Below, one piece after another: positions 29,841 to 38,786 of a DNA stretch of 64,000 bases. Source of the DNA: Candidatus Methylomirabilales bacterium (GTDB lineage: Bacteria; Methylomirabilota; Methylomirabilia; Methylomirabilales; CSP1-5); NCBI GenBank assembly GCA_046758505.1, contig JBHIAH010000001.1, positions 64,001 through 128,000 of the forward strand, written 5' to 3'. Made by a program: the position numbers and the translations under genes. Positions within the stretch are counted from its first letter, which is position 1. Each line of letters begins with the position of its first letter. The notes under the pieces are model-generated. The model saw only the letters and a list, made by a program, of their open reading frames with translations, did no database searches and was not told where the DNA came from.

Positions 29841-30560
29841 ATGCGTCGTGTTTTTCTGTTGGCCCTGATCCTTGCCTGCGCCGTCTTCCCCTGGAAGCGG
29901 GGCGACGCGACCGAGCGTCTCGGGGTCATTCCTGAATCTCTCCTCCGCGATTCTACCTCCCAGGAAATCCGAGAGGTTGTCGAGGGGGCGTCCTACGTCG
30001 GGGAGAAGAAGGGGGTGATCTTCAAGGGGCACCGGGCGGTCTACGAGTACCTCCTGAACCATCTCGACTTCGCCTCCCAGCTCGGCCGGGTCCTGGATCT
30101 TTCCGATTACGCCGTCGAGCAGACGGGAGCCCGGGGCTACGAGGCCACCACCCCCCGGGGGGGATGGGCTCACCTCCAGGTGATCTATGCCGAGGGTGAG
30201 AAGCGGGTGGTCCTCGCCCGTGGGAGATACGGCCGGGCGGTGGTCGTGCTCGATTACACCTCCTTCAATCGCGAGGGGGAGAGTTACATCCTCAGTGACC
30301 TGTACGGGTACGTCCGGGCGGATAACCCCATCCTCGATCTTCTCCTGGGCCTCTTCGGGGGGATCTTGAGTCATCGGGTCAACAAGATCTTCAGCAGTGT
30401 CGCCGAATTGAGCGAGCGCGCCTATACGGCCCCAGCCACCTTCTACGCGGAGCTCCTTCGTCACCCGGAGCTTCCCGCCCACCACCGCCTCGAGTTTGCA
30501 GAGATCCTGAATCGAGCCTCGCATGGCGAGGCTCGGGCGTTTTACGTTTCGCCCACCTGA
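29841..30560 (+). CDS. Hypothetical exported protein
   Basis: Signal peptide MRRVFLLALILACA; SD GGAGG. Confidence 0.72.
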   Translation: MRRVFLLALILACAVFPWKRGDATERLGVIPESLLRDSTSQEIREVVEGASYVGEKKGVIFKGHRAVYEYLLNHLDFASQLGRVLDLSDYAVEQTGARGYEATTPRGGWAHLQVIYAEGEKRVVLARGRYGRAVVVLDYTSFNREGESYILSDLYGYVRADNPILDLLLGLFGGILSHRVNKIFSSVAELSERAYTAPATFYAELLRHPELPAHHRLEFAEILNRASHGEARAFYVSPT

Positions 30561-30666
30561 GCATCTCTCCTAAAGAGGTCTTTGCGGCTCACATCGTTGT
30601 CGCGTCAGCTGAGGTCTGCATCCCGGCCCGCTGAAGAACGGACCCGCTGAGGCGTTCGTCCCACAC

Positions 30667-31512
30667 CTACTCTACAAAATCAAGCTCGACCGGCCGGGGC
30701 AAGATCCCGCTTTCGAATCCCCGCTGCAGCAGTCTCTTCACCGCCCGCCGTCCCTCCGGTCCGTAGGACAGGGTTAGCTCATTCACATACATACCGACGA
30801 AGGTATCCGTAGAGGACCGGTCCATCCCGCGACCAAAATCCATGGCGTAACTGAGGGCCTCGTGCCGATGCAGGAGGGCGTACTGAATGCCGGCTTGGAG
30901 GAAATGGGCAATCTGCCGCATCCGGGCCCCTCCCAGGTCCCGCCGGACCGCGTTCACGCCCAGCGGCAGCGGGAGTCCCGTCTCGTCATGCCACCAGGCT
31001 CCCAGGTCCAGGCTGTTTACCAGCCCGTGCTCCTGATACGTGAGCTGCCCCTCGTGGATGATCAGGCCTGCGTCGTACCTCCCCTCGGCCACCGCTCCGA
31101 GGATCTGGTCGAAGGGGAGGACGGCGTACGGAAACTCCCCCAGGCAGACCCGCAGGGTGAGAAAGGCGGTGGTGAGGGTCCCGGGGATCGCGATGGTTTC
31201 CCGTCGGAGATCATCAGGGCTGAGAGGTTTCCGCGAGACCAGGATCGGCCCATACCGCTGCCCCATGCTGGCACCGTGGGGGAGCAGGGCATACTTGTCG
31301 GCCACATACGCGTACGCATGGAGCGACAGGGCAGTCACGGGAAGCCTCCCCTCCATCGCCCAGCGGTTCAGGGTCTCGATATCCCGCAGCACGTGGCGGA
31401 ACACGAGGTCGCCCGTCTCGAGCTTCCCCGCCGTGAGGGCGTAAAACATGAAGGCATCGTCCGGGTCCGGACTGTGCCCCACCTCGATAACCATTCGCGG
31501 TTCATGGTTCAT
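30667..31512 (-). CDS. mqnD: 1,4-dihydroxy-6-naphthoate synthase (futalosine menaquinone pathway); start 31512 or 31494
   Basis: HSPDPDDAFMFYAL, DIETLN, GLIIHEGQLTY, LPLPLG, FVGMYVNE. Confidence 0.92.
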   Translation of the reverse strand: MNHEPRMVIEVGHSPDPDDAFMFYALTAGKLETGDLVFRHVLRDIETLNRWAMEGRLPVTALSLHAYAYVADKYALLPHGASMGQRYGPILVSRKPLSPDDLRRETIAIPGTLTTAFLTLRVCLGEFPYAVLPFDQILGAVAEGRYDAGLIIHEGQLTYQEHGLVNSLDLGAWWHDETGLPLPLGVNAVRRDLGGARMRQIAHFLQAGIQYALLHRHEALSYAMDFGRGMDRSSTDTFVGMYVNELTLSYGPEGRRAVKRLLQRGFESGILPRPVELDFVE

Positions 31513-31525
31513 GGTTCACCGTCCA
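31495..31525. repeat. GGTTCAT heptamer array overlapping the mqnD start
   Basis: ggttcat ggttcat ggttcac cgtccat. Confidence 0.78.
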
Positions 31526-31537
31526 TGATTCGGTTCC

Positions 31538-31730
31538 AACAGCACCTGCAGGCCCCGCGCGCCTGGCCTCCCGCGGCGACCCTGGTCGGCGGCTTACGCC
31601 CTGGGTCCCTCCGTGTTCACGCTCCGTGCAGCAACCATGGGCACGAATCGCGCCTCGGTTTCCCAGGCCGTCGCCTGCCGGGGGGCCCCGCCGCTTCCGG
31701 CAATGTCGCTCGGGGCCTGCAGGTGCTGCC
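31538..31730 (-). ncRNA. Candidate ~190-nt rod-like structured RNA or palindromic element, family unknown
   Basis: 18-bp perfect terminal inverted repeat (31540-31557 / 31711-31728) plus nested helices to an apical loop; mismatches are G-U pairs on the minus strand. Confidence 0.55.
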
Positions 31731-31968
31731 CAAGAACAAGATAAATTCCTCAGGAGCATCGGATCTCTTCGGGAGGGCGAGGGGAGCTGGGCCTGGACCC
31801 GGCGGAACCTGGTTTGCGGGCGGCCGGGGTTCCGCCGCCGGAGCGGAGCGCAGGTGGGGGTGGCCGTCCTGGGCACCGAGTGGAAAACACCGCGCGTAAC
31901 GAAAATCTCTCGACACAGGCACCCGTGGAATTTTTTCGCCGACGCAGGCTGGTCCCTGAGCCGCCCCG

Positions 31969-32685
31969 TCACCTTACCGTGTCGCCGGGCTTCAGCTCAA
32001 TCACCCTGAGCCCCCGGATCCCCTTGGTCAGCTGCCTCAGCTTCGCCGGAGTCCCGGTGAGCGGCGGGAAGGTCCCGTAGTGCATCGGAATGACCCACTT
32101 GGGCTTCAGGAGTCTACAGGCGTATGCCGCCTCTTTCGGGGACATAGTAAAGAGATCTCCGATAGGGAGAAAACAGAGCTGTGGCTCATAGAGCGCCGCG
32201 ATGAGCCGCATGTCCCCGAAGACCTGGGTGTCCCCTGCGTGGTAGAAGGTAAAGCCGTTTTCCAGGGTGACGACGTACCCGGCAGGATCCCCGCCGTACA
32301 CGAGGCGGCCCTCTTCATCCTGGATCCCCGAGCTGTGGAAGGCCTGGACCATGGTCACTGAAACGCCCTCCACCCGCTGGGTCCCGCCCATGTTCATGGG
32401 AAGGGTATTCCCGACTCCCCGGCTCTCGAGGAACGCGGCGATTTCGAAGATCGCCACGACCTTCGGGTTGTGGCGCTTGGCGAGGGCGGCCGCATCGGTC
32501 ATGTGGTCAAAGTGGCCGTGGGTGATCAGCATGAGATCAATCTTGTCGACCGTCTTGAGACGCTCGGGACAGGCGGGATTTCCCATGACCCAGGGATCAA
32601 TCAGAATATGGAGTCCCTTGGGAGTGACAACCTTGAACGTGCTGTGTCCGTACCAGGTGATGGTACAATCTCTTTTGAGCACCAT
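31969..32685 (-). CDS. Metallo-beta-lactamase-fold hydrolase (UPF0173-like)
   Basis: ITWYGHS, THGHFDH, YHAGDT, LPIGD, IPMHYGTF. Confidence 0.93.
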   Translation of the reverse strand: MVLKRDCTITWYGHSTFKVVTPKGLHILIDPWVMGNPACPERLKTVDKIDLMLITHGHFDHMTDAAALAKRHNPKVVAIFEIAAFLESRGVGNTLPMNMGGTQRVEGVSVTMVQAFHSSGIQDEEGRLVYGGDPAGYVVTLENGFTFYHAGDTQVFGDMRLIAALYEPQLCFLPIGDLFTMSPKEAAYACRLLKPKWVIPMHYGTFPPLTGTPAKLRQLTKGIRGLRVIELKPGDTVR

Positions 32686-32880
32686 GGTCAACCTCCCTTT
32701 TTAAGAACATTGGAATAAGATCGATCCTCCCAGAGAAAGAAAGGCAGGCCGAGTCTTGCACAAACACGCCTCAATATCAATAGATCCACCGGGAAAGTGG
32801 AGCGAAACCAATCCTCTCCCTGGCGCGTCCCAGGGGTGAGGGCAAATTGGCCGAATGAGCTGGATGTCAGCGAGGGAGGA

Positions 32881-34635
32881 TCAAGGGACGTCGACCAGCA
32901 AGGGAACGATCTGGCCGGTCTTGACCTGGAGGAGCCCGCGCTCCCTGAGCCTCAGGGCCGGGATCGCGGTGAAGGTGAGCGCTTGCAGTGTCAGGAGGGG
33001 GTCCGGAAGCGTTGAACCCAGATCCTTGACCGCCCGTTTAATGCGGCCCATTTTCTCCGCCAGGATCGGGACCGGCTCTTCGCTGATGATCCCCCCAATG
33101 GGCATCGGCAACTCCTCCACGACCGCCCCGTCGGCCGCGACCACAAAGCCGCCGCCGATCTCCACCAGGCGGTTCAGCGCCAAAGCGATATCTGGATCGG
33201 CCACCCCGAGGGCCACCAGGTTGCTGACATCGAACGAGAGGCTCGAGGCCACCGCCCCGTGCCGCAGGCCGAATCCCGTGACGAACCCCACCGTCCTCTG
33301 TCCGAGCCCCTGCCGGTCGAACACGGCGGCCTTCAGCACATCCCTCTGGGGCTCCGCGATCACCGCCCGCTCCTCGACCGGCAAGGACAGGCTGATCTCC
33401 CGGGTCAGGATGGGACCGGCAATACCCACCACCCTCACCTTGGTCCAGCCGCCCAAACGGTCCGCCGGGACCTTCAGATCCTCCGGCGTGAGCCGTTGCG
33501 GCAGGTCAGGCCTGGGGAGGGCTTCCCACAGTCGAGGGTTTGCCTTGATCTCTACCAGGCTCTTCCCCTCCCGCGCGACCACCCTGCCTCTGCTGATCAC
33601 CAGCTCGGGCTCGATCCGCCTCAGATCCGGAACCACCAAGAGGTTGGCGTACTTTCCCGGTCCGATGCCCCCCACCAGGTGGTCGAGCCCGAAGTGTTCC
33701 GCGCAGTTCAGCGTGGCCGCCCGCACGGCCCAAACCGGATCCAGACCGACCTCGATCACCCGCCGGACCGCATGGTCCATGCTGCCACGACTGAGGAGGT
33801 CATCGGGCCAGACGGTATCAGTGACCAGGATCAGGCGCCGGAGATCGACCCCCGAGAGGATCACCTCACGCAAGGCGCCCAGGTCCTGACGGACCGAGCC
33901 CTCCCGGACCATCGTATGCAACCCAAGGCGAATCCGCTCGACCACCTCCTCCGCCGTGATCGGCTCGTGGCAGGAGCCGATCCCGAGGCCAACGAATTGC
34001 TGGAGCTTCCACCCGCGGGCCCCGGCGCCGTGCCCCTCGACCTGTTTTCGGAGGAAGTGGGCCTTTTCGATCAAGGGGATCAGCTCGGGCGGAGACTTCA
34101 CCGCACGATGCCAGTAGATCTCCCCAAGCCCGAGGACCAGGGGGTGCTCCAAGAGATCCGCCACCTCCGCCGCCCCGATGACCGGCTGCCCGTCCCCCCG
34201 GTCAGAGCAGAGCAGAGAGATAGAAGGCGCCGTCGTGTAGACCAGGATGGGCAACTCTTCCAGCCCTGCGAGGAAGGCCCGGAAGGCCGCCGCGCCACCC
34301 ACGTTCGCCGCATGGACCAACTCGGTGATGACCGTGGTCAGACCCTGCGGGATGGCCACATGCAGAAACTCGTGGAGGCTCTGTACATTATCGAGGTGGG
34401 TGTGCCCCTCGACCAGTCCGGGAATGAGATACTTATCTTTCGCGTCGAGGATCTCGGTTTCGGGGCCGACGATATGGTCCAGATCGGGGCCCATGGCGCA
34501 AATCCGCTCCCCCTGAACGGCCACTCCCCACCCTCCCAGGAGCTCCCCGCTGTAAACATTGAGAAGCGTACCGCCCCGGACGATCAGGTCCGCCGGCCCT
34601 GTTATTCCCCCCTCCGCGGCGACCGTCTTCGCCAC
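32881..34635 (-). CDS. ade: Adenine deaminase (amidohydrolase with C-terminal domain)
   Basis: PGLVEGHTHLD, EGHG, HEP, REGS, ATLNCAEHFGL, LPMPIGGIIS, IPALRL. Confidence 0.82.
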   Translation of the reverse strand: MAKTVAAEGGITGPADLIVRGGTLLNVYSGELLGGWGVAVQGERICAMGPDLDHIVGPETEILDAKDKYLIPGLVEGHTHLDNVQSLHEFLHVAIPQGLTTVITELVHAANVGGAAAFRAFLAGLEELPILVYTTAPSISLLCSDRGDGQPVIGAAEVADLLEHPLVLGLGEIYWHRAVKSPPELIPLIEKAHFLRKQVEGHGAGARGWKLQQFVGLGIGSCHEPITAEEVVERIRLGLHTMVREGSVRQDLGALREVILSGVDLRRLILVTDTVWPDDLLSRGSMDHAVRRVIEVGLDPVWAVRAATLNCAEHFGLDHLVGGIGPGKYANLLVVPDLRRIEPELVISRGRVVAREGKSLVEIKANPRLWEALPRPDLPQRLTPEDLKVPADRLGGWTKVRVVGIAGPILTREISLSLPVEERAVIAEPQRDVLKAAVFDRQGLGQRTVGFVTGFGLRHGAVASSLSFDVSNLVALGVADPDIALALNRLVEIGGGFVVAADGAVVEELPMPIGGIISEEPVPILAEKMGRIKRAVKDLGSTLPDPLLTLQALTFTAIPALRLRERGLLQVKTGQIVPLLVDVP

Positions 34636-34709
34636 CTGAAGCCCCCCCCCAAGAAAAAAAGACCCCCGGGACCCGCACAAATTGTTCCACGTCCCATGGG
34701 GTGCGCTTT

Positions 34710-35195
34710 TCAGTTCAGCATGCCGATCAGGCGGTGGAGCTCCCGCCGGGCCCCCTGATGATCCGGATCATACTCCAAGGCTTTCCGGACCTCGGCAACG
34801 GCCTTCGCAATTTCTCCCTTTCGGGCATACAGACGGCCCAGATTGATATGAGGGTAGTGTCGGGGTTCGTACCGCTTGGCCTCCATGGCCTTCAAGAGCC
34901 AGGGGACGGCCTCGTCATACTCCCCCCTTTCCATCATATAGACCCCGATGTCGTTATACGGGTTCCCGAAATCGGGATCGATCTGGATGGCGATCTCGCA
35001 CTCCTGGATCGCCTCATCGATCCTTCCCTGAAAGCTGTACGCCCACCCGAGAAAGGTGTGGGCCTCAGCGGTGGGATAGAACTCGATGGAGCGGCGGTAG
35101 TTCTCGATCGCGGCATCCAGATCACCCTTCATCTGATGCCGGTACCCTTCCTGGAAGAAAAACTCTGCCTGTTCGAGACCGGCGGGATCCGTCAT
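34710..35195 (-). CDS. Tetratricopeptide repeat protein
   Basis: About four TPR motifs (AHTFLGWAYS, PYNDIGVY, PHINLGRLY). Confidence 0.9.
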   Translation of the reverse strand: MTDPAGLEQAEFFFQEGYRHQMKGDLDAAIENYRRSIEFYPTAEAHTFLGWAYSFQGRIDEAIQECEIAIQIDPDFGNPYNDIGVYMMERGEYDEAVPWLLKAMEAKRYEPRHYPHINLGRLYARKGEIAKAVAEVRKALEYDPDHQGARRELHRLIGMLN

Positions 35196-35282
35196 CGCCT
35201 TGCCCCCCTCTGCCGACTGCACAGGGCCTGCGTCTCATCGTCAAGTACCATAGAGCTCACATGCTGTCAAGGCGGGTGTCGC

Positions 35283-36497
35283 TTATGGGTGCGCGGCGAC
35301 CGCGATCCGCTCGAGCACCGGCGGGTGAGTGTAGAGGAGGAGGACGGCCCAGCGGGGCGGCGTGATGTCGGCCAGGTTGGACCGAGCCAGGTCCACCTCC
35401 ACCTTGACGTAGGCCTCGGGGTTTCCCGAAAGCTCGAGCGCCGCGTGGTCCGCCTGGCGCTCGAACCCGCGCGAGATGGCGTTCTGCAGCGGCAGCGTCA
35501 CGAGGCTCAGGATGAAGAGGACCAGAACGAGCAAGGGCAGCCCGGCGGGGTCCGCGGGATGGACAAGGAGATGTTGAGCGGTCCCCCATCGGAGAACGAG
35601 GGCGGCGATGCCGAGCCCCAGGAAGAGGGCCAGGATCGAGAGCCCCACCCCCTTCCAGATGTGGTGATGGATCCGGTGGCCCATCTCATGGGCTAACACC
35701 ACCTCCACCTCCTCGGGAGAGGCGCGCTCGAGGAGCGTGTCGTACAGGACAATGCGCTTGGTCCGGCCGAAGCCAGTGACATAGGCATTGCCCTTCACCG
35801 TCCTTCGGCTCGCATCCGCCTCCAGCACCTGCCCCACGGCAATGCCGGCCCGATCCGCCAGCTTCAAGACCCGACCCTTGAGATCAGCATCCGTGAGTGG
35901 CGTGAAGGTGTAGAAAAGGGGATCGATGACGATCGGAGCCAGAAAGGTAAGTAGGAGAATCAGCCCCCCCACGACGCCCGTTGCTGGAAGGAACCAACGC
36001 GAGGGGTCACGCCGGATGAACAGATAGAAGACATTCACCGTCAGCAAAAGCAACACCCCCTGGACGAACAGTCCCTTGGCCCAGTCCTGGAACCATCCCC
36101 CGAGCCCATGGGTGGAGAGGCCATACGAGTGCTCCCGAATGTACCCGCCGTACACGTCGAGCGGGAGGAGAATAAACCGGAAGAGGAGCAGAAGGCAGGC
36201 CGCATACAGGGTCAGGGTGAGCCAGGGGCGATGGCCGGCCCAGGCCGCGCTGAGGTCCCGCAGGGTTCGAGTGGCGGGGGTGAAGGTAAACAGAAGGAAG
36301 AAGGCAAGCGTAATGGCGCTGCGGACGCCAAAGAGGAGATACCGCCCCTGCATGTAGCTTTTGCCCCGCGCGATCTCCTGTGGGGTAAAGTACCGGAGCG
36401 CGACCTCATTCGCCGGCACCGCACTGCCGCCGAGGCCCGCAGTCGTCAGCAAGAGCCCCAGGCAAAGGACGCCGATGGCGGCCGAGAGGATACGCAT
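35283..36497 (-). CDS. M48 (Ste24-like) membrane metallopeptidase
   Basis: NAYVTGFG..KRIVLYDTL, LAHEMGH, ERQAD, THPP..ERI. Confidence 0.93.
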   Translation of the reverse strand: MRILSAAIGVLCLGLLLTTAGLGGSAVPANEVALRYFTPQEIARGKSYMQGRYLLFGVRSAITLAFFLLFTFTPATRTLRDLSAAWAGHRPWLTLTLYAACLLLLFRFILLPLDVYGGYIREHSYGLSTHGLGGWFQDWAKGLFVQGVLLLLTVNVFYLFIRRDPSRWFLPATGVVGGLILLLTFLAPIVIDPLFYTFTPLTDADLKGRVLKLADRAGIAVGQVLEADASRRTVKGNAYVTGFGRTKRIVLYDTLLERASPEEVEVVLAHEMGHRIHHHIWKGVGLSILALFLGLGIAALVLRWGTAQHLLVHPADPAGLPLLVLVLFILSLVTLPLQNAISRGFERQADHAALELSGNPEAYVKVEVDLARSNLADITPPRWAVLLLYTHPPVLERIAVAAHP

Positions 36498-36692
36498 TGA
36501 AGTCACTCCGCGGCAACGAGATATACGGACTGTCGCTGAGTGTACCTTCATTCTTCAACAGTGGCAAGTCCGCCAGGACCGCGTCCGGGCTACGGCGCTT
36601 TCACGCTCCACACACCCCCCGTGATGATATAATCTACCGTTCAGGCCCGAGGGCCTGACCCCACGATTGGGCAAATCGGGCGAGGGCCTCCT

Positions 36693-38738
36693 ATGCGTGT
36701 CAACATAAAGCGATTCAGCTTTACGGCAATCCTGCTCTCGGCATCGACGATCCATGTGGCCGGAGCGACGGTTACTCCAATGGCCGCGTCGGGCCCTTGC
36801 GCCAATTCCAACACCTTTCTGATCGGGAGCGGAATTTACGACATCACAGGACCCGCAGCCGAATTGGGCATGATGGGCTATGCCCGCCTGGGCCAGAAAA
36901 CGGCCGGGATCCACACGCGTCTCTGGTCGCGGGCCTTCGTCATCGCGTCCCCCTGCAACAATAACCGTGTCGTCCTGGTCACTGCGGATCTGGGAATACT
37001 CAGCCAGGCAGTGGCGCAAGGGGTCGTCGAACAGCTGGAGCACACCTTTGGTGACCTGTATACCGATCAGAACGTGTTGCTGAGCGCTACCCATACGCAC
37101 TCCGGACCGGGAGGCTATTCCCACTACGCGCTTTACAACCTGACCATCTTCGGTTTTGATCGGCAAAATTTTCGTACCGTCGTCGACGGGATCTATCAGT
37201 CCATCGTCCGCGCGCACGACAACCTCGCAGAAGGAACCATTACGATGGCCACCGGTGAGCTCCTCGACGCCAGTATCAATCGTTCCCCCGTGGCCTATGC
37301 ACAAAATCCCGCAGCCGAGCTGGCAGTGCACCCTTTCGATACCGACAAGGTGATGACCCTCTTGAAGCTGGAAAAGCTCCACGGCCGGGAGATCGGCAGC
37401 ATCAACTGGTTTCCCGTCCACGCCACATCAATGGGGAACGACAATACGCTCATCAGCGGCGACAATAAGGGGTATGCCGCCTACCTATTCGAGAAACGGA
37501 AGGCAACGGACTACACGGCAGGTGAAACCTTTGTGGCAGCCTTTGCGCAAAGTAACGAAGGAGACGTGTCTCCCAACATTTTTGGAGGGACCGATGGCGG
37601 GGGTGCCACTGACTTCGAAAGCACCCAGATTTCAGGTCAACAGCAGTTCGCCAAAGCACTAGAGCTTTATAACGGTGCGACGGAGTTGCTTACCGGAGGG
37701 GTGGATTCCCGCCATACTTACCTCACAATGGATGAGGTGTCTGTGGCGCCAGCGTTCACCGGCGGTGTTGATCGCCGCACGTGTCCCGCCGCGATCGGCA
37801 TTTCGATGCTGGCAGGTGCCGAGGAGGGCCCCGGCTTTGGTGAGGAAGGGTGGACCTGCCAAGAGATAGAGGATTTCTTTGGTGCATTCACGTGCGCAGG
37901 GCTGACCACCGCCTGCCAAGGTGAAAAGCCGATTGCGCTGGAAACGGGTACGCAGGAGCCCTTTCCATGGACGCCGGAGGTGCTGCCGTTTCACATCATC
38001 ACGATCGGCAAGCTGGCTCTGGTCGGTGTTCCCTTCGAGATGACCACGATGGCCGGACGACGCCTGCGCAGGACGGTGGAAGCTCAATTAGCGCCGGCGG
38101 GCATCGATACCGTGGTTATCGCCGGATTGGCCAACGCATATGCAGGCTACGTGGCGACGCGAGAAGGGTACAGCGTCCAGCACTACGAAGGGGCATCGAC
38201 ACATTTCGGCCCCTGGACGCTGGCAGCGCTGCAGCAAGAGTTCGACCGCCTCGCCTCAGCCCTCAGGGAAGGTTTCGACGTGGATCCCGGCCCCACGCCG
38301 AGAGACTTACGTTGTTGTCAGCACACCGTGCTCACCGGTGTGGTCTTTGACGACAAGCCGTTGTTCAAGCGCTTCGGAAGTGTTCACAAACACGCAAAAC
38401 GATCGTACACTCGCGGGGAGACCGTCACGGTCATCTTCTGGGGCGGACACCCCAGGAACAACTTGAAAATTCAGGACACGTATCTCGAGGTGCAGCGCAG
38501 GATGAAGAGATCCTGGGTAACTGTCGCCACTGACCTGGATTGGGAGACTAAGTACCGGTGGCAGCGGGTTCCCTGCCCCCCCACGTTTGCCTGCTCATAT
38601 GTCACGGTCGAGTGGGAAATTCCCGAGGGTGCAGCGGGGGGATCGTACCGCATTCGGCACTACGGCCACTGGAAATCCGGCTGGAACGCAAGCATCCATC
38701 CATACACGGGAACCTCACGCATCTTCACAGTCCAGTAA
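36693..38738 (+). CDS. Neutral/alkaline ceramidase, secreted
   Basis: DITGP, ATHTHSGPGG, WFPVHATSM, SGDNKG, EGDVSPN, PFEMTTMAGRRLR, YEGASTHFGP, C-terminal Ig-like domain (YRIRHYG). Confidence 0.93.
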   Translation: MRVNIKRFSFTAILLSASTIHVAGATVTPMAASGPCANSNTFLIGSGIYDITGPAAELGMMGYARLGQKTAGIHTRLWSRAFVIASPCNNNRVVLVTADLGILSQAVAQGVVEQLEHTFGDLYTDQNVLLSATHTHSGPGGYSHYALYNLTIFGFDRQNFRTVVDGIYQSIVRAHDNLAEGTITMATGELLDASINRSPVAYAQNPAAELAVHPFDTDKVMTLLKLEKLHGREIGSINWFPVHATSMGNDNTLISGDNKGYAAYLFEKRKATDYTAGETFVAAFAQSNEGDVSPNIFGGTDGGGATDFESTQISGQQQFAKALELYNGATELLTGGVDSRHTYLTMDEVSVAPAFTGGVDRRTCPAAIGISMLAGAEEGPGFGEEGWTCQEIEDFFGAFTCAGLTTACQGEKPIALETGTQEPFPWTPEVLPFHIITIGKLALVGVPFEMTTMAGRRLRRTVEAQLAPAGIDTVVIAGLANAYAGYVATREGYSVQHYEGASTHFGPWTLAALQQEFDRLASALREGFDVDPGPTPRDLRCCQHTVLTGVVFDDKPLFKRFGSVHKHAKRSYTRGETVTVIFWGGHPRNNLKIQDTYLEVQRRMKRSWVTVATDLDWETKYRWQRVPCPPTFACSYVTVEWEIPEGAAGGSYRIRHYGHWKSGWNASIHPYTGTSRIFTVQ

Positions 38739-38786
38739 GGAGACGCGCCCCACGCAACATCACTCACGGCGTGGCTCGCGCTTCTT

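Noticed and set aside
31534..31735. Integron attC site, SRP RNA or tRNA-Sec
   Set aside because: No RYYYAAC/GTTRRRY pair, no SRP helix-8 motif, no cloverleaf or CCA.
31502..32009. ORFs 31502-31972, 31617-31922 and 31626-32009
   Set aside because: Pro/Arg/Gly-rich translations without SD or motifs; by-products of GC-rich structured DNA.
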